Shown here piece after piece: positions 49,877-59,203 of a stretch of 64,000 nt of DNA. Location of the stretch: NCBI GenBank assembly GCA_050010115.1, contig JBEKLQ010000003.1, positions 20,907 to 84,906 on the forward strand, given 5' to 3'. The notes below the pieces were generated by a model. That model had not been told where the DNA came from. It searched no databases and was given only the letters and a program-made list of their open reading frames with translations. The stretch comes from Acidimicrobiales bacterium (GTDB taxonomy: Bacteria > Actinomycetota > Acidimicrobiia > Acidimicrobiales > Bog-793). The stretch's first letter is position 1. Each line of letters starts with the position of its first letter. Position numbers and translations under genes: made by a program.

Positions 49877-50866
49877 GTGACCGACAGCCCGCTACGGATC
49901 GGCGTCCTCGGAGCAGCCCGCATCGCGCCGGCCGCCCTGGTGCGACCTGCTCGCTCGGTCCCGAGTGCGGAAGTGGTCAGCGTCGCAGCTCGCGACCCTG
50001 AGAGAGCCAAGGCATTCGCCTCCAAGCACGGCGTCCCGAGAACCCATGACAGCTACGACGCGCTCGTCGACGACCCGGACATCGATGCGATCTACAACCC
50101 GCTCCCCAACGGCCTGCACGCTCGGTGGACGGTACGGGCCCTCGAATCGGGCAAGCACGTCTTGTGCGAGAAACCCTTCACCAACAACGCCGACGAAGCC
50201 GCCCACGTGGCCGCCACGGCGGATCGGACCGGCCGTGTCGTGATGGAAGCGTTCCATTACCGCTACCACCCGTTGGCGGAGCGGATGCTCGAGATCGTGA
50301 GCGGGGGCGAGCTCGGCACGATCGAGCGAGTGGAGGCGTGGACCTGCTTTCCCCTGCCCCTGTTCTCGGACATCCGGTACCAGTACGATCTCGGTGGCGG
50401 CGCGCAGATGGACGCCGGCTGCTACGCCGTCCACATGGCCCGGCTGCTCGGGCGTGAGGAGCCCGAGGTCATCAGTGCCCAGGCCAAGCTCCACTCAGCG
50501 GACATCGACCGGGCGATGCGGGCAGAGCTGCGCTACCCGAGCGGCCACACCGGAACGGTCACCTGCTCGATGTGGTCAAGATCCTTGCTCCACATGAGCG
50601 TTCGGGTCAGCGGCTCCGATGGCACGCTCAACGTGTTGAACCCGACTGCGCCGCAGCTGTACCACCGCCTCTCGGTAAAGAGCGCCGGAGGTTCCCGCGT
50701 CGAGCACCTCTCGCGCCGCCCGACCTACACCTACCAGCTCGAAGCGTTCTGCGCCGCTGTACTCAAGGGCGAGCCAACGCTCACGCCACCGTCGGACTCG
50801 ATCGCGAACATGCGGGTGATCGACGCCATCTACACGGCCGCCGGCATGCGGTTGCGGGGCAGCTGA
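49877..50866 (+). CDS. Gfo/Idh/MocA-family NAD(P)-dependent oxidoreductase
   Basis: 329 aa. Contains LRIGVLGAARIA and HVLCEKPF. Confidence 0.88.
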   Translation: MTDSPLRIGVLGAARIAPAALVRPARSVPSAEVVSVAARDPERAKAFASKHGVPRTHDSYDALVDDPDIDAIYNPLPNGLHARWTVRALESGKHVLCEKPFTNNADEAAHVAATADRTGRVVMEAFHYRYHPLAERMLEIVSGGELGTIERVEAWTCFPLPLFSDIRYQYDLGGGAQMDAGCYAVHMARLLGREEPEVISAQAKLHSADIDRAMRAELRYPSGHTGTVTCSMWSRSLLHMSVRVSGSDGTLNVLNPTAPQLYHRLSVKSAGGSRVEHLSRRPTYTYQLEAFCAAVLKGEPTLTPPSDSIANMRVIDAIYTAAGMRLRGS

Positions 50867-50882
50867 GCCGCTTGGGTCACCG

Positions 50883-51509
50883 TCAGGCCCAGACCCGGGT
50901 CAGGTCACTCGAGGTGGTCAGGTAGGCGAGGTAGCCGATGGTGTGCTCGAGCATCGCTTCGCCGTACTCCGGCGGCGTGCCCGCCACGGCATCGCGTGGC
51001 ACGCATACGACGTAGCCGCGGTTCACGGCGTCCATCACCAAGTTCGGGATCGCCACGTTGAGCGAGACGCCGACGGCCACGACGGTGGTCACGCCGAGGT
51101 TCCGTAAGACCGGATCGAGCCCGGTGTCATGCATGGGAGACATCCCATGCATGCGGGTGAGCACGATGTCCTCGTCCGCCACGCCGATCGCCGGCACGAC
51201 GGCCGCTGCGTCCGATGCAGCAGCGGTCGGCTGGCTGGCTTCGGCCAGCCTGCGCGTCAGGCCGGCCGACAGGCGTGTATTGACATTCGAGCCCCGGCCG
51301 TCGGCCCGGACGATCGCCGTGGCATGGACCACCTGCACCCCGGCTGACCGGGCGGCGGCGGCGAGGGCTCCGACGTTCTTCACCGCATCGGCTGCCGCCT
51401 CTGCAAGGGCGGGGAGTCGGGAGAGATCGCCGATCACGTCACGCTGGCACTCCGAGATCACGAGAGCGGTCGTGGCGGGCTGAACGAGCCGGTTCCAGTC
51501 GACAGGCAC
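50883..51509 (-). CDS. Isochorismatase-family (cysteine-hydrolase fold) protein
   Basis: I place the start at GTG 51509. Sequence TALVISECQRDV...DIVLTRMHGMSPMHDTGLDPVLRNLGVTTVVAVGVSLNVAIPN. The position usually holding the nucleophilic Cys appears to be Ala (tentative alignment by eye). Confidence 0.75.
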   Translation of the reverse strand: MPVDWNRLVQPATTALVISECQRDVIGDLSRLPALAEAAADAVKNVGALAAAARSAGVQVVHATAIVRADGRGSNVNTRLSAGLTRRLAEASQPTAAASDAAAVVPAIGVADEDIVLTRMHGMSPMHDTGLDPVLRNLGVTTVVAVGVSLNVAIPNLVMDAVNRGYVVCVPRDAVAGTPPEYGEAMLEHTIGYLAYLTTSSDLTRVWA

Positions 51510-51608
51510 GCCGCAGGCTACCGGTCGGCGGCCCGCTGCTCGGGTACGCCCGCCCGGCGTAGGCTCCCGTGCGGAGCGAGGGGACAGGCAACAGCAATGA
51601 TGTAGCCC

Positions 51609-52796
51609 ATGCCACCGGCAGGTCTCCACGGGCGCTCCGTCACGCTCGTCGTCGTCTCGCGATCCGGTCGGGTACTCGGGGCGCTTGCGCCGTTCGATGT
51701 CGAGACCCCATGGTGGCAGGAGGTCGAGCCCATCCGGCGAGCGGTCCCTGGGGTTGCAGTCCTGCGAATGCTCGACGCTGAGCCGGCGCCTGGCCACGTG
51801 ATGGGCGGTCGGGTCACCTATCTGGTCGAAGCGCTCGACGGGGCTTCGACTGCCCTCGGCCAGCCCGGAGTGCTGCGTGACTGGGGTGGCAGGCTCACTG
51901 ACGACCCCCTCCGTATGCCCTGGGCGCACCCGGGCGGGCCGGAGGCCGATCTCGAGTGGGCGGCGGCGCAGGTCCCGATCAACGGTCCGGCGGTACAGCG
52001 GCGGACCTGGAACCTGTCGTCGATCTGGTCACTGCCGACGGAAGACGGCCTGATCTGGCTGAAGTGCGTGCCGCCGTTCTTCGGCCACGAGGCGGCCGTG
52101 CTGAGCTTGCTCGGCACGGAGCGAGTCCCGCGGTTGCTCGCGGCGGACTCTCACAGGATGTTGCTGGCTGACCTTCCCGGCCACGACGGTTACTTCGCCC
52201 CGTTCGAAGCCCACAGAGACTTGATCGACGTCCTCGTCGACCTCCAGCTCTCGACGATCGACCGGATCGGGGAGCTCCGTGCCGCCGGCGTGCCCGACGG
52301 GCGCTGGCACGGCCTGCTCGAGGCCGCTGATGCAGTGGTCCGCCGGTGGGCACCCGAGGACGAGGCCCTCCGGCAGCTCATCGACACAGCCGACCGACGC
52401 ATCGACGCCATCGCCGAGTGTGGTCTCCCGGACGTGCTGGTCCACGGTGATGCGCATTCCGGCAACGCCCGCGTCGGCGAGGGAGCCGGCACCGGGATCT
52501 GGTTCGACTGGGGCGACTGCCGGATCGGTCACCCGATCACCGATGTCGCGGTCCTCGCTCGACCGGGGACCGAGCAAGCCGAGGCACTGAGGACTCATTG
52601 GCTGGACCGTTGGGCACGCTCGCTGCCAGGGACCGATCCGCATCGGGCCTGGCAGCTCGTGCGCCCGCTGGCGGCGCTGGGTGAGGCGGTGACGTATCAG
52701 GGTTTCCTCGACGGGATCGAAGCCAGCGAGCGGCCGTACCACGTCAACGATGTCCTTCCATGCCTCGCCAAGGCCGCCGCGCTCGCACGCGCCTGA
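51609..52796 (+). CDS. Aminoglycoside/choline-kinase-type phosphotransferase (APH family)
   Basis: 395 aa with the Brenner motif VLVHGDAHSGN followed by WFDWGD. Confidence 0.8.
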   Translation: MPPAGLHGRSVTLVVVSRSGRVLGALAPFDVETPWWQEVEPIRRAVPGVAVLRMLDAEPAPGHVMGGRVTYLVEALDGASTALGQPGVLRDWGGRLTDDPLRMPWAHPGGPEADLEWAAAQVPINGPAVQRRTWNLSSIWSLPTEDGLIWLKCVPPFFGHEAAVLSLLGTERVPRLLAADSHRMLLADLPGHDGYFAPFEAHRDLIDVLVDLQLSTIDRIGELRAAGVPDGRWHGLLEAADAVVRRWAPEDEALRQLIDTADRRIDAIAECGLPDVLVHGDAHSGNARVGEGAGTGIWFDWGDCRIGHPITDVAVLARPGTEQAEALRTHWLDRWARSLPGTDPHRAWQLVRPLAALGEAVTYQGFLDGIEASERPYHVNDVLPCLAKAAALARA

Positions 52797-52811
52797 CCCG
52801 GATGACGACAC

Positions 52812-53324
52812 TCAATCCGGCACGTCACGACCCACTAACAGCTTCCGCAGCAGATCCGCCAACACCGTGCGCTCCGTGGCGGACAAGCCAGCGAGCAGCT
52901 CGCTCTCGCGGCGCACCAGGTCCGAGAGGCACGCATCCAGGCGTCGCTTCCCGGCTGCCGTGAGACGCACGACCACCCCCCGCCGGTCGGCACGATCCGG
53001 GCGCCGCTGCACGAGCCCGGCGGTCTCGAGGCGGTCCAGTCGGTTGGTCATCGCTCCCGAGCTCACAAGCGTGCGCCGGAGCAGCGTGCCCGGAGCGAGC
53101 TCGTAGGGCGCGCCGGCCCGGCGGAGCGCTGCGAGCACGTCGAACGACCACTGCTCGAGCTGATGCCCGGCAAACGCGTCGCGCCGCTCGCGATCCAGGT
53201 GACGCGACAGGCGGGTTACGCGGCTGAGCACCTCGAGCGGCGACGTGTCGACATCGGGGCGCTCACGGCGCCAGTCGGCGACGAGCCGATCGACCTCGTC
53301 CTCGAGGGCGGGTTGTGTCGTCAC
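52812..53324 (-). CDS. MarR-family transcriptional regulator
   Basis: Starts at GTG 53324. Winged-helix sequence: FDVLAALRRAGAPYELAPGTLLRRTLVSSGAMTNRLDRLETAGLVQRRPDRADRRGVVVRLT. Confidence 0.88.
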   Translation of the reverse strand: MTTQPALEDEVDRLVADWRRERPDVDTSPLEVLSRVTRLSRHLDRERRDAFAGHQLEQWSFDVLAALRRAGAPYELAPGTLLRRTLVSSGAMTNRLDRLETAGLVQRRPDRADRRGVVVRLTAAGKRRLDACLSDLVRRESELLAGLSATERTVLADLLRKLLVGRDVPD

Positions 53325-53365
53325 GAAACGAATCTTGACATAAAGAGAACTGAGCGGCACACTTA

Positions 53366-53379
53366 TCTCGATATCGAGA
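53366..53379. promoter_or_regulatory. Perfect 14-bp palindrome TCTCGATATCGAGA in the marR / tam divergent region (candidate MarR operator)
   Basis: Read directly. It sits in a 72-bp AT-richer gap that also holds TTGACA (53335-53340) and the RBS GGGAGG before ATG 53397. Confidence 0.5.
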
Positions 53380-53396
53380 GACTTTGGGAGGCGACG

Positions 53397-54611
53397 ATGA
53401 CGCCGGGGACGACGACCAGCGCGGGTACCACGGGAGGGAAGGCCGCGGCGACCGCGCCTGGCACGAGATGGGACCCGCAGCAGTACGAGCAATTCTCCAG
53501 CGAGCGGTCCCGGCCGTTCGCCGAGCTCGTTGCCCGCATCGACCTCCCGGGTGCACGTGAGATCGCTGACTTCGGTTGCGGCACCGGCGCTCTCACCGCC
53601 CAGCTGGCACAGCGTTGGCCAGCCGCCCACGTCGTCGGCGTGGACAACTCACCCGACATGCTGGCCGAAGCACGGGCGAGAGAGATCGAGGGGCGGCTGG
53701 AGTTCTGCCTCGCAGACGTCCGGGAATGGGAGCCGGCCGCGCCACTCGACGTGCTCGTCTCCAACGCGACGTTGCAGTGGGTGCCCGGCCATCTCGACTT
53801 GGTGGAACGCTTTGCCTCGTTCCTGCAGCCGGGCGGCGTGCTCGCGCTCCAGGTCCCCGGCAACTTCGCTGAGCCGACGCACCGGCTCCTTGCCGAGCTC
53901 ACGGTCTCGGATCGCTGGCGCACGGCCCTCGGCACGGGCGCCCTCGCGTCACCGTCGTCCCACGACCCGGACGTCTACTTGCAGGCGCTCTTGGGCGCGG
54001 GCCTCGTCGCGAGTGCTTGGGAGACCACGTACTTCCAGCTGCTGAGCGGCGAGGACGCCGTGCTCGAATGGATGAAGGGCACGGCGCTCCGACCGGTGCT
54101 CACCGTGCTCGGCCCCGAGGATCGCGAGGAGTTCGTCCGCGAGTACGGAGCACGGCTGGGAGAGGCGTACCCGCAGACCGAGCACGGGACGGTGTTGCCC
54201 TACCGCCGGGTCTTCGCTGTCGGGCGGCGACCCGGTGCTGCGCAGGCGACTGCGGTCGCCAGGCTCGACCACGCCCAGCTGGCGATGCCGGCGGGCGAGG
54301 AAGACGCCACGCGGCGCTTCTACTGCGGGGTGCTGGGCCTCGTGGAAGTCCCGAAGCCTCCCGTGCTGGCGGCGCGCGGCGGCTGCTGGTTCAAGGGACA
54401 CGGGGCCGAGGTGCACTTGGGCATGGACGGCGACTTCCGGCCCGCCGAGGCGGCGCATATCGCTCTTGCCGTCACGGATCTCGACGCCATGGCCGCCAAG
54501 ATCGCTGCCGCCGGCCACCGGGTGACGTGGGACGAGGAGCTGGCGCCGAGGCGGCGTTTCTACACCGACGACCCGTTCGGTAGCCGGATCGAATTGCTCG
54601 CAGCCTGCTAG
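53397..54611 (+). CDS. Fusion of trans-aconitate-methyltransferase-like (Tam) class I methyltransferase and a VOC/glyoxalase domain
   Basis: Starts at ATG 53397 (codon 79 of the track ORF). Tam-like part: WDPQQYEQFSSERSRPFAELV...ADFGCGTGALT...SNATLQWVP. C-terminal ~125 aa: LDHAQLAMPAGEEDATRRFYCGVLGL...HIALAV...DPFGSRIELL (VOC pattern). Confidence 0.8.
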   Translation: MTPGTTTSAGTTGGKAAATAPGTRWDPQQYEQFSSERSRPFAELVARIDLPGAREIADFGCGTGALTAQLAQRWPAAHVVGVDNSPDMLAEARAREIEGRLEFCLADVREWEPAAPLDVLVSNATLQWVPGHLDLVERFASFLQPGGVLALQVPGNFAEPTHRLLAELTVSDRWRTALGTGALASPSSHDPDVYLQALLGAGLVASAWETTYFQLLSGEDAVLEWMKGTALRPVLTVLGPEDREEFVREYGARLGEAYPQTEHGTVLPYRRVFAVGRRPGAAQATAVARLDHAQLAMPAGEEDATRRFYCGVLGLVEVPKPPVLAARGGCWFKGHGAEVHLGMDGDFRPAEAAHIALAVTDLDAMAAKIAAAGHRVTWDEELAPRRRFYTDDPFGSRIELLAAC

Positions 54612-54700
54612 AAAAACGCGAGGTGACGCGCCAACGGCTCGTGAAGAGCAAGACTGTCACCGAGCACCGTCCAGTCGGCGCTCCCGCGAAGGAGACAGCC

Positions 54701-55120
54701 ATGCCCGAAGAGCACCGGATCACCGAGGAGGTCGGCGAACTGCTGAAGTCCTTGCAGACGATGGCCGCGCTGATCTCAGAAGCTGCCACCGAGACCGCTC
54801 AGGCCGCTGCCGTGGCGGGCGCCCAAGTGACTCCGGACTTCCTCGCCAGCCCCCTGGCGGAGCTGGCGAACGCCGTGGCCAACTTCTCCGAGTCGCTCAC
54901 CGGACCGCTCCGCAAGCTCCTGGCAGAGCAGCAACGCCTTGCCGACTTGATGGCCAACTGGTCCGAGCAGCACCGCAGGATGTCGGAGCAGATAGCCACC
55001 TGGGCCGACGAGCACCGGCGACTCACCGAGCAGATGCAGCGGCTGATCCTCCCCGCCCTCGAGCAAACCGACGGCGTCTCCAAGACCGCCCGGATCTTCA
55101 GCGACGAGCTACGCCACTGA
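54701..55120 (+). CDS. Hypothetical coiled-coil protein (139 aa)
   Basis: ATG 54701 is preceded by GAAGGAGA. The product is helical and Ala/Glu/Gln-rich. It has an internal duplication, W(S/A)(E/D)(Q/E)HRR(M/L)(S/T)EQ(I/M). No family is recognised. Confidence 0.55.
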   Translation: MPEEHRITEEVGELLKSLQTMAALISEAATETAQAAAVAGAQVTPDFLASPLAELANAVANFSESLTGPLRKLLAEQQRLADLMANWSEQHRRMSEQIATWADEHRRLTEQMQRLILPALEQTDGVSKTARIFSDELRH

Positions 55121-55143
55121 CGCTGGGGACCCTTGCAAGCGCC

Positions 55144-55341
55144 ATGCTGACAGTGCACACTTCACGTGTGCCACGTCGCAAGAGCCTCCGTGGCCAGCTG
55201 TACCGAGCGGCCCGCGACCTCGGGAACGCCCAGGCGGCCGCAAAGGGTCCCGGCGCGTACGGCAAACGGGTGGCGCGTAGAGGGGCCTATCGCAAGGGGA
55301 ACTCGGGGATCCGGAAGTTGCTGAAGGGCTTCGGCTTGTAG
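55144..55341 (+). CDS. Hypothetical small basic protein (65 aa)
   Basis: Third-position G/C bias is consistent with coding. The product is Lys/Arg-rich (…KRVARRGAYRKGNSGIRKLLKGFGL). It lies 23 nt after the previous ORF and 31 nt before the hydrolase. Confidence 0.45.
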   Translation: MLTVHTSRVPRRKSLRGQLYRAARDLGNAQAAAKGPGAYGKRVARRGAYRKGNSGIRKLLKGFGL

Positions 55342-55372
55342 CACGGCGAGCTGCGGAGCGCGACAATGACCC

Positions 55373-56224
55373 ATGACACCCGTCGCGGTGGAACTTGATT
55401 CTTCGTTCGTTCACAACGGGCACCGGTTGGTGTACGACTCCTTCGGCACCCATGGCCAGCTCGTCGTGTACATGCACGGCCTGCTGCTGGACTCCGAGCT
55501 CAATCGGGGTATCGCCCAGGCTCTCGCCGAGCAGGGCAACCGTGTCGTCCTGCTGGATCTCCTGGGACACGGTCGCAGCGACAAGCCGACGCACGCCACC
55601 GAGTACCGTATCGACAGCTACGCCGACCAGGTCATCGCCCTCCTCGACCATCTCGGTGAGCCACAGGCCGTGCTCGGCGGCATCTCGCTCGGCGCGAACG
55701 TAAGCCTGTTCGCGGCGACGCGCTATCCCGAGCGCGTGAGAGGCCTCCTGCTCGAGATGCCTGTTCTCGAACGGGCCGTCCCGGCGGCAGCGATGGTCTT
55801 CGTGCCGATGATCCTCGCCGCCTACTACGGTCGACCGGTGCTGCGCGTCACCTCCTGGATCGTCTCGCGGGTCCCGCGCACGCGCTTCGGCCCACTGAAC
55901 TCGGTGCTGAACACCGCTTCACTCAAGCCCCGGACGATGGCGGCGGTGTTGCACGGCGTTCTCGTCGGCCCCGTGGCGCCCACGCGAGAGCAACGGCGGG
56001 CGATCACGTCTCAGGCGTTGGTGCTCGGCCACCGCAACGACTTCATCCATCCATTCAACGATGCGCTTGGTCTGGTCGCACAACTGCAGCACGGTGAGCT
56101 CATCCAGGCCCATTCGTTGCTCGAGCTCCGGCTGCGGCCGGAGCGGCTGACCGGGGAGATCGTCGGGTTTCTTGCCGGCCTGGAGGCTCCGAGCCAACCC
56201 AAGAGCGGGAAGCGCACGGCCTGA
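55373..56224 (+). CDS. Alpha/beta-fold hydrolase
   Basis: 283 aa with HGLLLDS, the nucleophile elbow GISLGA and a C-terminal His region. Confidence 0.85.
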   Translation: MTPVAVELDSSFVHNGHRLVYDSFGTHGQLVVYMHGLLLDSELNRGIAQALAEQGNRVVLLDLLGHGRSDKPTHATEYRIDSYADQVIALLDHLGEPQAVLGGISLGANVSLFAATRYPERVRGLLLEMPVLERAVPAAAMVFVPMILAAYYGRPVLRVTSWIVSRVPRTRFGPLNSVLNTASLKPRTMAAVLHGVLVGPVAPTREQRRAITSQALVLGHRNDFIHPFNDALGLVAQLQHGELIQAHSLLELRLRPERLTGEIVGFLAGLEAPSQPKSGKRTA

Positions 56225-56345
56225 GCGGCTGGTGAGGTGAGCCGGGGCAGCGCTCGCACTTCCGACGACGAGCGGGACCTCGAGTTGAGCAGGATATGAC
56301 GGTGGACTGTCAACACCAAGCGGGGTGCGTTAGTTGATTCAGTAG

Positions 56346-57137
56346 CTATCGAGCAGCCAGCCAGGCGTAACGGATGCCGATGAGGACAACGAGCAGCCCG
56401 AGCACGCGTCGGATGGCCACGTCGGGTAGATGCGGTTGGAGACGAGCTCCCACGTAGCTGCCCACGAGGCCGCCGGCCCCGAGGGCGAAGCCCACGCCCC
56501 AGTCCGGGGCGACCGAAGCGTCGTGGCCAGCCGCGAGAACCAAGAACGTTATGACACCGGCGATCGAGGTGACGAGGGTCGAAGCGAGCGTGGCGGGCGC
56601 GACGTCAGATGCTGGGCGACCGGAGCCGATGAGAATCGGCGCCAGGATCGATCCACCCCCGATTCCGTAGATTCCACCGACGCACCCGACGACGGCCGAA
56701 ATTGCGGTGATCGTCGACGGTGAGAGTCGAGTGGTCGGTGCGACAAGACCGGCTCGGCCTGTGCGGGCAACGAGCAGCCACGCGCCAAGCGGCACCATGA
56801 CGACCGCGATGATCAACTCGAACACGCGGGGCCCAGGAAGAAGTTCGACCCGGATGACCGAGCCGATGACGACACCGGGCAGCGTCCCCGCCACCAGGAG
56901 GCGGGTCAGCCCACCACCGGTCTGCCCTTGCCGCCAATAACGGTAGAGCGCCCCGGGTGTTGCAAAGACGTTGTAGAGCAGGTTCGTTGGTGTGACTGCC
57001 GGGCTTGGGGTTCCCAGCACGCTGACCTGGAACGGCAGCAACAGAACGGCCCCTGACACTCCGGCGGGGCTTGCGACCGTGGCGATGGCGAGCGACGCGA
57101 CGAACGCGACGGCGTAGAGCCAACCTCCACTGAGCAT
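56346..57137 (-). CDS. TauE/SafE (DUF81) family anion exporter-like membrane protein
   Basis: 263 aa with about 8 hydrophobic segments and Gly-rich helices typical of the family. Confidence 0.75.
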   Translation of the reverse strand: MLSGGWLYAVAFVASLAIATVASPAGVSGAVLLLPFQVSVLGTPSPAVTPTNLLYNVFATPGALYRYWRQGQTGGGLTRLLVAGTLPGVVIGSVIRVELLPGPRVFELIIAVVMVPLGAWLLVARTGRAGLVAPTTRLSPSTITAISAVVGCVGGIYGIGGGSILAPILIGSGRPASDVAPATLASTLVTSIAGVITFLVLAAGHDASVAPDWGVGFALGAGGLVGSYVGARLQPHLPDVAIRRVLGLLVVLIGIRYAWLAAR

Positions 57138-57348
57138 CGGCTCACGCTAACGACGCGAGCGATGGAGCCGGTGCCGAAGTCGTCGATCGACAAGCGCCCG
57201 ATGGCCGCAGCCGGTGGAGCGCGGTGGAGAAGTATTGGATGTCCCCCAAGGGGACCGACCTAACCGGCGCCGCGAGCCCAGCCGTTCCACATTGTCCCGA
57301 AATCGGCTGTTCATCGGTGCCTGGGAGCCCTCCCGGTAGCCTCTCTGC

Positions 57349-58182
57349 ATGTCGCCCGGACGAGCGCCGGTCCCGAGCGAGGCGCCGCCCACGCAGTCGC
57401 CGCACCCGGCCGAGGGCGGCTGGCACGGGGTGGACTGGGGCTGCGAGCTCCTCGGGACCGCACTCCTCCTCCTCGGCGGACTCTCGGCCGTGGTCCTCGA
57501 TTTTGGTGCCGACTCCCCCGTGGCTCGAGCGGTGCCGTCCCACTCGCTTAGGTTGCTGCTCACCGGGACGCTCTTTGCCAGCTGCGGCGCCCTCGTCACC
57601 ATTTCTCCGCTCGGCCGCCGTTCCGGGGCGCACCTCAACCCGGCAGTGACCCTCGCCTTCTGGTGTCACAGGCACCTACGCCTCCCCGACCTACTCGGCT
57701 ACGTGTTGTCCCAGGCCACCGGCGCCGTGGCGGGTACCTTCGCCGTGCACGTCCTGTGGGGACGCCGGGCGACCAGCGTCCGAGATGGCCTCACGCTCCC
57801 GGGTCACGGGCTCGGACCGCTCGGTGCCGCCGGGCTCGAGGCGGCAATGACCGCGCTGCTCGTCCTCACCATCTTCGTCTTCGTCTCTTCCCGCTGGACG
57901 GCGCACTGGACCCCACTCGCGGTCGCCGCCGTCATTGCCGTGCTCGTTTGGCAGGGCGCCCCTTACACCGGCACGAGCCTCAACCCGGCGCGCAGCCTCG
58001 GGCCAGCGATAGTGTCGGGCCGGTTCACCGACTACTGGGTCTACGTGGCCGGCCCGCTCAGCGGAGCACTCCTCGCCGCAGGGATCTGGGTGCTCGTCCC
58101 GCTCGAGACTCTCACGGCCAAGCTCTTCCACGACGCGCGCTACCGCAGCGTCTTCGCCTCGGCAATGCCGGCCAAGCGCTGA
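57349..58182 (+). CDS. MIP-family channel (aquaporin/glycerol facilitator-like)
   Basis: Two NPA boxes (HLNPAVTLAF and SLNPARSLGPA) and six TM segments. The Pro-rich first ~25 aa make the start uncertain. Confidence 0.88.
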   Translation: MSPGRAPVPSEAPPTQSPHPAEGGWHGVDWGCELLGTALLLLGGLSAVVLDFGADSPVARAVPSHSLRLLLTGTLFASCGALVTISPLGRRSGAHLNPAVTLAFWCHRHLRLPDLLGYVLSQATGAVAGTFAVHVLWGRRATSVRDGLTLPGHGLGPLGAAGLEAAMTALLVLTIFVFVSSRWTAHWTPLAVAAVIAVLVWQGAPYTGTSLNPARSLGPAIVSGRFTDYWVYVAGPLSGALLAAGIWVLVPLETLTAKLFHDARYRSVFASAMPAKR

Positions 58183-58390
58183 CCTGCGGGCAAGTAAGCC
58201 TCCACCCTTGTCTGGCGACGCGGACGGGAGAACTCATCGACCTCGGCTCGCTGCGTGACTCGTCAACAAGGCCTCGGCAGCCGATGGTCACCTCGATTGG
58301 GTCGACTCCGCTCGCTCCGCGATTTCACAAGCCTGCGGTGAAGCGACCGGCAGGACGACAGAATGGTGGTGTGAGACGCAAGGCGGAGTC

Positions 58391-59203
58391 CTGACATCGT
58401 CCGCGGCGGCCGCGTTCGCGGACGTCGTCGGCTGCCCGCTGTGTCACGACTCGCTGCCCCCGGCCGAGGACGGAACGCTCGTCTGCGCGGCCTGCGGTGC
58501 GCGCTACCCGGTGACGGACGGCCTCGCCGACCTCGTCCCGCCCGAGCCCGCCCAGGCCGAGACGCCCAACATGCGCATCATGGAATCCGGGTTGCTCGCC
58601 AGAGTGTACGAGCGGGCCTGGCGGCCGGTCCTGACACGGCTGCTCACCGGCATGAGCCACGAGGCGGAGCGCGCCTGGTCGCTCGACCGGCTCGCCCCGG
58701 TGCCCGACGCCACCGTCCTCGACCTCGCCTGCGGCCCCGGCAACACGACGAGGACCATCGCCGCCGCCGTCCCCGCCGGCCGGGTGCTCGGGATCGACTT
58801 CTCGACGGCGATGCTGCGCGAGGCCCTCGCCACTGCCCCGACCGCTGGAGCGATGGTCGGCTACGTACGCGGCGACGCCCACCGTCTGCCGCTGCAACCC
58901 GGCAGCGTCGACGCGGCGAACTGCGCCGGCGCCTTCTACCTGTTCTCCGACCCGCCCCGCGTCCTCGCCGGCATCGCCGCCGCGCTGCGGCCGGGCGGGC
59001 GCTTCACGCTGATGGCATCGCAACAACCGCGCGTCGGCGGGTCCGGCACCGCCGCGCTCATGCGGCCGGGCGGGCTGCGCGTCTACGCCCGCGGCGAGAT
59101 GGAACGGCTCCTCGACGACGCCGGTTTCGAGGTACTCGACCGCCGGCTCGCCGGGTTCATGCTGCTCCTCGCTGCCCGCCGCTCTGAGGCCCTCGACGCA
59201 TGA
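58391..59203 (+). CDS. Class I SAM-dependent methyltransferase with N-terminal Trm112-like zinc ribbon (start non-canonical or uncertain)
   Basis: The track ORF starts at GTG 58511. The same frame upstream encodes FADVVGCPLCHDSLPPAEDGTLVCAACGARYPV (CxxC...CxxC), with no ATG/GTG/TTG after the stop at 58256-58258. A CTG lies at 58391. The methyltransferase motif is VLDLACGPGN. Confidence 0.75.
   Translation: MTSSAAAAFADVVGCPLCHDSLPPAEDGTLVCAACGARYPVTDGLADLVPPEPAQAETPNMRIMESGLLARVYERAWRPVLTRLLTGMSHEAERAWSLDRLAPVPDATVLDLACGPGNTTRTIAAAVPAGRVLGIDFSTAMLREALATAPTAGAMVGYVRGDAHRLPLQPGSVDAANCAGAFYLFSDPPRVLAGIAAALRPGGRFTLMASQQPRVGGSGTAALMRPGGLRVYARGEMERLLDDAGFEVLDRRLAGFMLLLAARRSEALDA

Noticed and set aside
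49789-50025. 79-codon extension of the CX5C-repeat ORF
   Set aside because: It would overlap the divergent Gfo/Idh/MocA gene start (49877). The signal-peptide-like segment follows the internal ATG 49788 directly.
57138-57348. 211-bp divergent gap between the TauE-like and MIP genes, with a GTCCCC-CAA-GGGGAC hairpin (~57240-57256), considered as a riboswitch
   Set aside because: It is a single short hairpin with no recognisable multi-stem architecture or known conserved motif. It is probably just promoter or leader sequence.
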